Assembly: GCA_963745075.1 (NCBI GenBank)
Contig: CAVUWV010000026.1
Coordinates: 16,023 to 80,022 of the forward strand
DNA length: 64,000 nucleotides
Reading direction: 5' to 3'
From: Candidatus Hydrogenedentota bacterium
Lineage (GTDB): Bacteria; Hydrogenedentota; Hydrogenedentia; Hydrogenedentales; SLHB01
The number at the start of each line of letters is the position of its first letter. Position 1 is the stretch's first letter. The position numbers and the translations under genes are program-made. The notes beneath the pieces are model-generated. The model had not been told where the DNA came from. It saw only the letters and a program-made list of their open reading frames with translations, and ran no database searches. This document shows positions 57,952 through 64,000 of the stretch, in pieces.

Positions 57952-59538
57952 TGTCGAAACTCTTTGATAATGTCCCCTGGAAAACTCATTAGAAATGTCC
58001 CCATGGTTGCGGCCTTAGAAAGGAGGCTGCGTGGAAGGGGACATTTTGATGAGTCGCAAGGAGCGTACGCGCAAGTCGGTGTTGGATCGTGTGAAGAGTG
58101 GTGCGTTGAAGCTGCGTGAGGCGGCGGAGATGCTGGGGTTGAGCTACCGGCAGTGTAAGCGGGTGTATGCGCGGTATCGCCGGGAAGGAGATGTAGGGCT
58201 GGTTCACCGGCGGCGCGGGAAGTCGTCTGCGCGGGCCAAGCCCCCGGAAATGCGGGAGAAGGTGCTGGCGCGTTACGAGGAGCGCTACAAGGGCATGGGT
58301 CCGACGTTGGCGGCCGAGAAGCTGGCGGAGGAGGGTTTGGTGCTGGACCACGAGACGCTGCGGCGCTGGCTGATTGCGGCGGGGCTTTGGCAACGAGCCC
58401 GCAAACGGGGTCCCCATCGAACGCGGCGGCCGCGTAAGGAGCACTTCGGAGAGTTGGTCCAGTTCGACGGCAGTCACCACGCCTGGTTCGGTCCCGACTA
58501 TCCCCGAGCGTGTCTGATGAATCTGGTGGACGACGCCACGGGGCGTACCTTGGCTACGATGGATGTCCAAGAAACCACCGAGGCTGCCATGCGGACCCTG
58601 TGGAAGTGGATTGAGCGTTACGGCGTCCCCAAGGCGCTGTATTGTGACCGCAAGACCGTATATGTCACGGAGCGCGAACCGACGGTGGAAGAGCAGTTGG
58701 CGGACGAAGAACCCTTGACCAGCTTCGGAAAAGCCTGTAAAAAGCTGGGAATTCAGATCATTACCGCCTACAGCCCTCAAGCCAAAGGCCGGGTGGAACG
58801 CAATCACGGCGTCTATCAAGACCGCCTGTTCCACGAACTGCGCTTACGCCAAATCACCACCATTGAGCAGACCAATGCCTTACTGGAAAACGGCTTCGTC
58901 GACCACCTCAACGAAAAGTTTGCCCGTCCCGCACAAAAGACGCATAACCTCCACCGTCGGCTCCCCAAGAACGTCGACCTGCGCGACGTGTTCTGCTTTG
59001 AAGAGTACCGTACCGTGGGCAATGACTGGACCGTTCGTCACCAAAACCGCTTTTTCCAAATACACAAAACCAAGAAGCACTTGCCCAAACCGAAGCACAA
59101 GGTCCTCGTACGCACTTGGCTCGATGGAAGCATTCACCTCGTGTACAACGGTCACAAACTCGACTATGAACAACTCGACGAACCGCCGTGCAGACCCGCC
59201 AAGCCCGCCGCGAAAAAGCCCAAGGCCAGCACCCCCCCATCAAAACCAAAACCCCGCCACGACCACCCATGGCGCAAGCGGCGCGTGGCATGATGGCCAG
59301 TGGCATCGGAAAGAACCAATGAGTTTTTCGCTTTGCAGGATTCCGGTTACAAAAAGCCGGGACAGCCACCCCACCCGGGGTGGCTGTCCCGGAACCGTCT
59401 ATCCACCTGACGGGCGCTCAGGTCGCTCTCCAGCGTTGCCCTATCCTCCCGCCAAGTCCACCTACTGTAGCAGAAAACAAAAAACAGGGGACATTTCTAA
59501 CGAGTTAACACCGGGGACATTTTAATCGAGCTTTGACA
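57952..59538 (+). mobile_element. Insertion sequence, IS1202/ISNCY type
   Basis: About 51-bp imperfect TIRs (TGTC...GACA), each with two AATGTCCCC subrepeats, around a single transposase. Confidence 0.9.
58031..59293 (+). CDS. DDE transposase (IS1202/ISNCY type)
   Basis: N-terminal HTH, FGELVQFDGSHHAWF, VDDATG, ALYCDR, AYSPQAKGRVER. Confidence 0.95.
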   Translation: MEGDILMSRKERTRKSVLDRVKSGALKLREAAEMLGLSYRQCKRVYARYRREGDVGLVHRRRGKSSARAKPPEMREKVLARYEERYKGMGPTLAAEKLAEEGLVLDHETLRRWLIAAGLWQRARKRGPHRTRRPRKEHFGELVQFDGSHHAWFGPDYPRACLMNLVDDATGRTLATMDVQETTEAAMRTLWKWIERYGVPKALYCDRKTVYVTEREPTVEEQLADEEPLTSFGKACKKLGIQIITAYSPQAKGRVERNHGVYQDRLFHELRLRQITTIEQTNALLENGFVDHLNEKFARPAQKTHNLHRRLPKNVDLRDVFCFEEYRTVGNDWTVRHQNRFFQIHKTKKHLPKPKHKVLVRTWLDGSIHLVYNGHKLDYEQLDEPPCRPAKPAAKKPKASTPPSKPKPRHDHPWRKRRVA

Positions 59539-59553
59539 GGCGCCGTTCAGGTA

Positions 59554-60731
59554 TTACCAATTTGTGTAGCTGCCGTCCGGCCGCTGGAGATGGGGGTGCT
59601 CGTGCATCACGAAGGGATATTTGGCGGCGGCATCTTCGTCGAATTCCACGCCCAGACCCGGTTTCGTGGGGAGGGATAGAACGGTTTGCCGTGGCGCAAA
59701 TGCATTTCGGGGAAAACGTCGTCCGCGCCTTCGTTGAAGGACGGCACGACTTCGAGATAGGTCAGGTTGTTGATGGCCGCGCCGAAATGGATGGTCGCCG
59801 CCGTGCACACCGGACCGATCGGGTTGTGGGGCATCATGTCGATGTAATGGGCTTCGCACCAACCCGCGACCTTCTTCGCTTCGGTGATGCCGCCGATGCA
59901 GCAAATGTCGACGCGGGCGTAGTTGGCGAGGCCGCGTTCGATATACGGCAGGGCCGCCCATTTGCTCGGCCATTCTTCACCGATGGCGAAGGGAACGTCC
60001 GTCATGGTCCGCAACGTGGCGTAGGCGTCGGGATTCTCGTTGCGGATGGGCTCTTCAAGAAATCCGAGGCTGCCGCGCGGAATGCGTTGGCAGAACTGGG
60101 CCGCTTCGACGACACTGAGACGGTGGTGATAGTCGATCCCGAGCACGATCTCCTTCGGCGTCTTCTCGTAGACCTCGGTGATCCGTTCTGCGGTGCTCTG
60201 GATCGACGCGCGCACATCGAAGACGTTCGTCGGGTCGTCGTGTTGGATGTCTACACGCAAAGCGCGCGGGATAATGTCGTCGGCGGACGAGAACCGAATG
60301 CACGGCCAGCCTTCGTCGACGGCGCTCTTGACGCGGTCCATGCACTCGGGTTCGTTGAGTCCCCCGACCGTGCAAAACCCAAAAATGCGGTCTCGGCATG
60401 CCCCGCCGAGCAGTTGATACACCGGCACCTTCAAGGCTTTGCCGACGATGTCGTAGAGGGCCATGTCGATGGCGGCCATGGTGCCGGTGATGATGCGGCC
60501 GCCTTCGTAGTAGGCGCTGCGGTACATGACTTGCCAGATGTGCTCGATCTGCATGGGGTCCATGCCGATGAGAAACTCGCGGAAGTGCTTAACGATGCCG
60601 TCCTGCGCGTGTTCGCGTGTGGAACAGCCGGCTTCGCCGATCCCATAGATGCCGGCGTCGGTTTCGACCTTGATGATGTGGAGGTCGCGGGGTTTGGACA
60701 AGAGGAAACTTTTGATTTCAGTGATCTTCAC
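59554..60731 (-). CDS. Mandelate racemase/muconate-lactonizing family dehydratase (galactonate dehydratase-like); frameshift ~59670-59700
   Basis: IKVETDAGIYGIGE, AAIDMALYDIVGK, DYHHR, FLEEP, IGEE, PHNP; C-terminus PTKPGLGVEFDE..NW in another frame. Confidence 0.88.
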
Positions 60732-60755
60732 GGAAAAACGCTCCTTCCCAGCGCC

Positions 60756-61862
<1,107 letters not shown>

Positions 61863-61893
61863 GTTGGTCTCGAACTGCGATTACGTACTTCGG

Positions 61894-63445
61894 TTAGTCG
61901 CCCCATTCAAAGGCGTAGATACTAGCATTTCTGAGGCGAAAAGCGAGACGGGCCGTGTCGCAGTCTTCCGGCCACGCGAGTCCGGCGACTTCGACGTGCA
62001 GCCCATCGTCCGTCACGGCGGGCACGTCGTCGTAGGTCGCACCTTCCAGGGCGATGCCGTCTTCATCGAGCAGTTGGACGCGAATCTCGCCTGCCGATGC
62101 GTCGGCGTTGAGGTAGAGGTGCCGCCCGTGAGTCGGATTGGTGAGCGGTACGGTGACCAACTCCCCTGTATCGTCACCGGTCGCGGTGCGCGCGACGAAG
62201 CGGTCAAGCGGGAGAAAGGCTAATCCGAGTTGGCGCTCCTTGAGCGGATCGGACTTGTGTCCGCGCGCGTAGCCGCCGTAGTAAATGTAGTACCGATCGT
62301 CTACCGGAATCACGCTGCCGACCCACGTCATGGCGCGATCCCAGGCGCCCGGTTCGGGATCGCGATCGAAGAAGATGTCGTCGTGCCGCTCCCAATGCTT
62401 GCCGTCGCGGCTGGTCGCGAGGGTGGTGTAGCCGATGCCTTCGGCCTCGCCACCGGGTTCGGCGGGATAGTCGTCGTGGAGCATCCGCACGAACGAAATC
62501 AGGAGACCGCCTCGGGCAATCGTTCCGCCTGCGCGGTAGAGTTCGAGCAAGTCTTTGTCGCGCGGTTCGGGGACAATCACGCGCCAGGGTTGCTCCCAGT
62601 GCATGAAGTTTCGTTGCTGACGCACTGACGAGACGGCGGATGTAGGTGCGGGCCGGGTCCGGTATAAAGATTGTCGCGGGCACGGCCAGCGTCTCTCAAG
62701 CGCGTACCGGTGCGATAGGGATCGTGAACGATGTCGATGATGTCGCCCACACCATAGGGCCGGCGCGGATCGTCCATAAACCATTCTTCACCGAAGTCAG
62801 GCAACACGGGATTGCCGTCGTACGGTGTCCAATGCAGTCCGTCGGGCGAGAACGCTATGCGCATACCGGATCGCCGTCCGGCCATGGTTTGGACTGTCCC
62901 CACCACGCGACCTTGTAGCGGTGGTCGGCGGGTGTGTGATCCGGCCCGCTATCGATCACGCTGACGCCGTATCCATTCTGAAAGGGCGCGCTGATACCAG
63001 GAGACGGTTCGTATCGCCCAGATGCCGAGATTCGGAGTCTCCCACGTCTTGCCGTCTGCGGACTCTGCATAGGCGATGGCGGATTCCGTGCCCGCGCGGT
63101 CGTTGTACCACATGCGGAACCGGCCGGTGTCCGAAGATGGTGAACCGTCACGTAGGGTTGGGTCGTGTGCTGCTGCCATCCAAGGATCGGATTGCCTTCG
63201 TACCGTTCGGGCGATCGCGTAACGCGGGCGAGGCGTGTGATGACGCGATGAGGTAATCGTCAATGAAGAGCTGCGGTCCGGGGCTGATGTCTCAGGGTCG
63301 CAGGATGGGAAGGTGCGAATGTTGTAGCTCGGGAGGGCCTTGGGCGTGGCAGCGAGGGTGGTTCTGGCTGCTCGGCGGCGTGGGTGCATACGCACACGAG
63401 GACGAATGTCGCTGCTGCAAGTGCGATTCTGCTGCGAATGGACAT
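61894..63445 (-). CDS. Exported beta-propeller glycoside-hydrolase-like protein, multiply frameshifted
   Basis: Fragments in successive frames: signal peptide, QLFIDDYLI, FRMWY, YAESADGKTW, AFSPDGLHW, ATSRDGKHW, YIYYGG, DRFV, LYLNAD. Confidence 0.65.
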
Positions 63446-63456
63446 GGTGACTCCCA

Positions 63457-64000
63457 TTACCGCATACCAATGCAAAGGTCGTCATCCTGAGCGCCAGCGA
63501 AGGATCTTTTACGCAATCGCTCAACGGGCAGAGATCCTTCGCTGGCGCTCAGGATGACAGCCAAGTTGCGTCCTCCAAGAACGACGAACGAATCCACAAA
63601 CTGGAACGAATACAACTTCGTATTCCTAGCATTAAATTGAGGCGAATCGGTTTGCCCACGAGGGCACTCACATCGGTGTTGCCGTCTTTCCACTCGACGG
63701 CTTTCTGCAAGTAGTCCATTGACGATGTGTGCGTCGTCCAGTCCGCATCCCTCAATGGCGTCTCCGTCAACGTCGAGAATCGCGACGCGCAGTTCGCCCG
63801 GGGCAGTGGTATTCACGTTGACCACAAGTTGATTCCCAGTGAATGTGAACGGCGCCGTCGTGACTTCCCCGCCCTCGTAGGCGAAGTCCAGCGAGATGAA
63901 ACCGTCGATCCGTTGCTCGACGCGGAACACGCCGCCCAACTCGCGACCGCCCTTGCCGTAGCGGACCTGGGTATCGCCATGCGTGAAGGCGTAGCCCATG
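63457..64000 (-). CDS. C-terminal part of a second protein of the same family (frameshifted, runs off window)
   Basis: RIDGFISL..GEVTTAPF..LVVNVN..GELRVAILD..KLYSFQF parallels the C-terminus of the neighbouring gene. Confidence 0.6.
   Translation of the reverse strand, partial: MGYAFTHGDTQVRYGKGGRELGGVFRVEQRIDGFISLDFAYEGGEVTTAPFTFTGNQLVVNVNTTAPGELRVAILDVDGDAIEGCGLDDAHIVNGLLAESRRVERRQHRCECPRGQTDSPQFNARNTKLYSFQFVDSFVVLGGRNLAVILSASEGSLPVERLRKRSFAGAQDDDLCIGMR
63481..63558. repeat. REP-like palindromic element with perfect 27-bp arms
   Basis: GTCATCCTGAGCGCCAGCGAAGGATCT-N24-AGATCCTTCGCTGGCGCTCAGGATGAC. Confidence 0.85.

Noticed and set aside
57930..59560. IS insertion next to a Xer/dif site
   Set aside because: No XerC/XerD-like 28-bp site was recognisable in either flank.

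Overview
GC-rich bacterial chromosome window, with many indel-type breaks that probably come from long-read or assembly errors. From left to right it holds: a truncated APC permease; a nitrosative-stress operon (Rrf2 regulator, DUF6448-like protein, NnrS-like/DUF1858 protein, quinol-dependent NO reductase, RIC di-iron protein); a sigma28-promoter EF-hand protein; a YajD-like HNH protein; anSME and modABC; a DUF362/4Fe-4S pair; pdxH; pta-ackA behind a sigma54 promoter and a PAS two-component system; a small flagellar block (fliM, fliN/Y, fliA, fliK-like, flhB-C-like); carbohydrate-active enzymes; tRNA-Ala(CGC); an IS1202/ISNCY-type element; and an error-rich catabolic tail. The most striking locus is 49130-56585 (minus strand). 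It is a RiPP cluster bounded on both sides, with lasso-type leader machinery (RRE/B1, B2 peptidase), two tiny precursors (34 and 37 aa; neither is correctly called in the ORF track), an HPr-kinase-like kinase, two GT2s, a nucleotidyltransferase and an ABC-2 exporter. It has no lasso cyclase, and the predicted cores contain no Asp/Glu. It is therefore a candidate linear phospho-/glyco-peptide pathway rather than a lasso peptide. All calls come from reading motifs by eye; no database searches were run.
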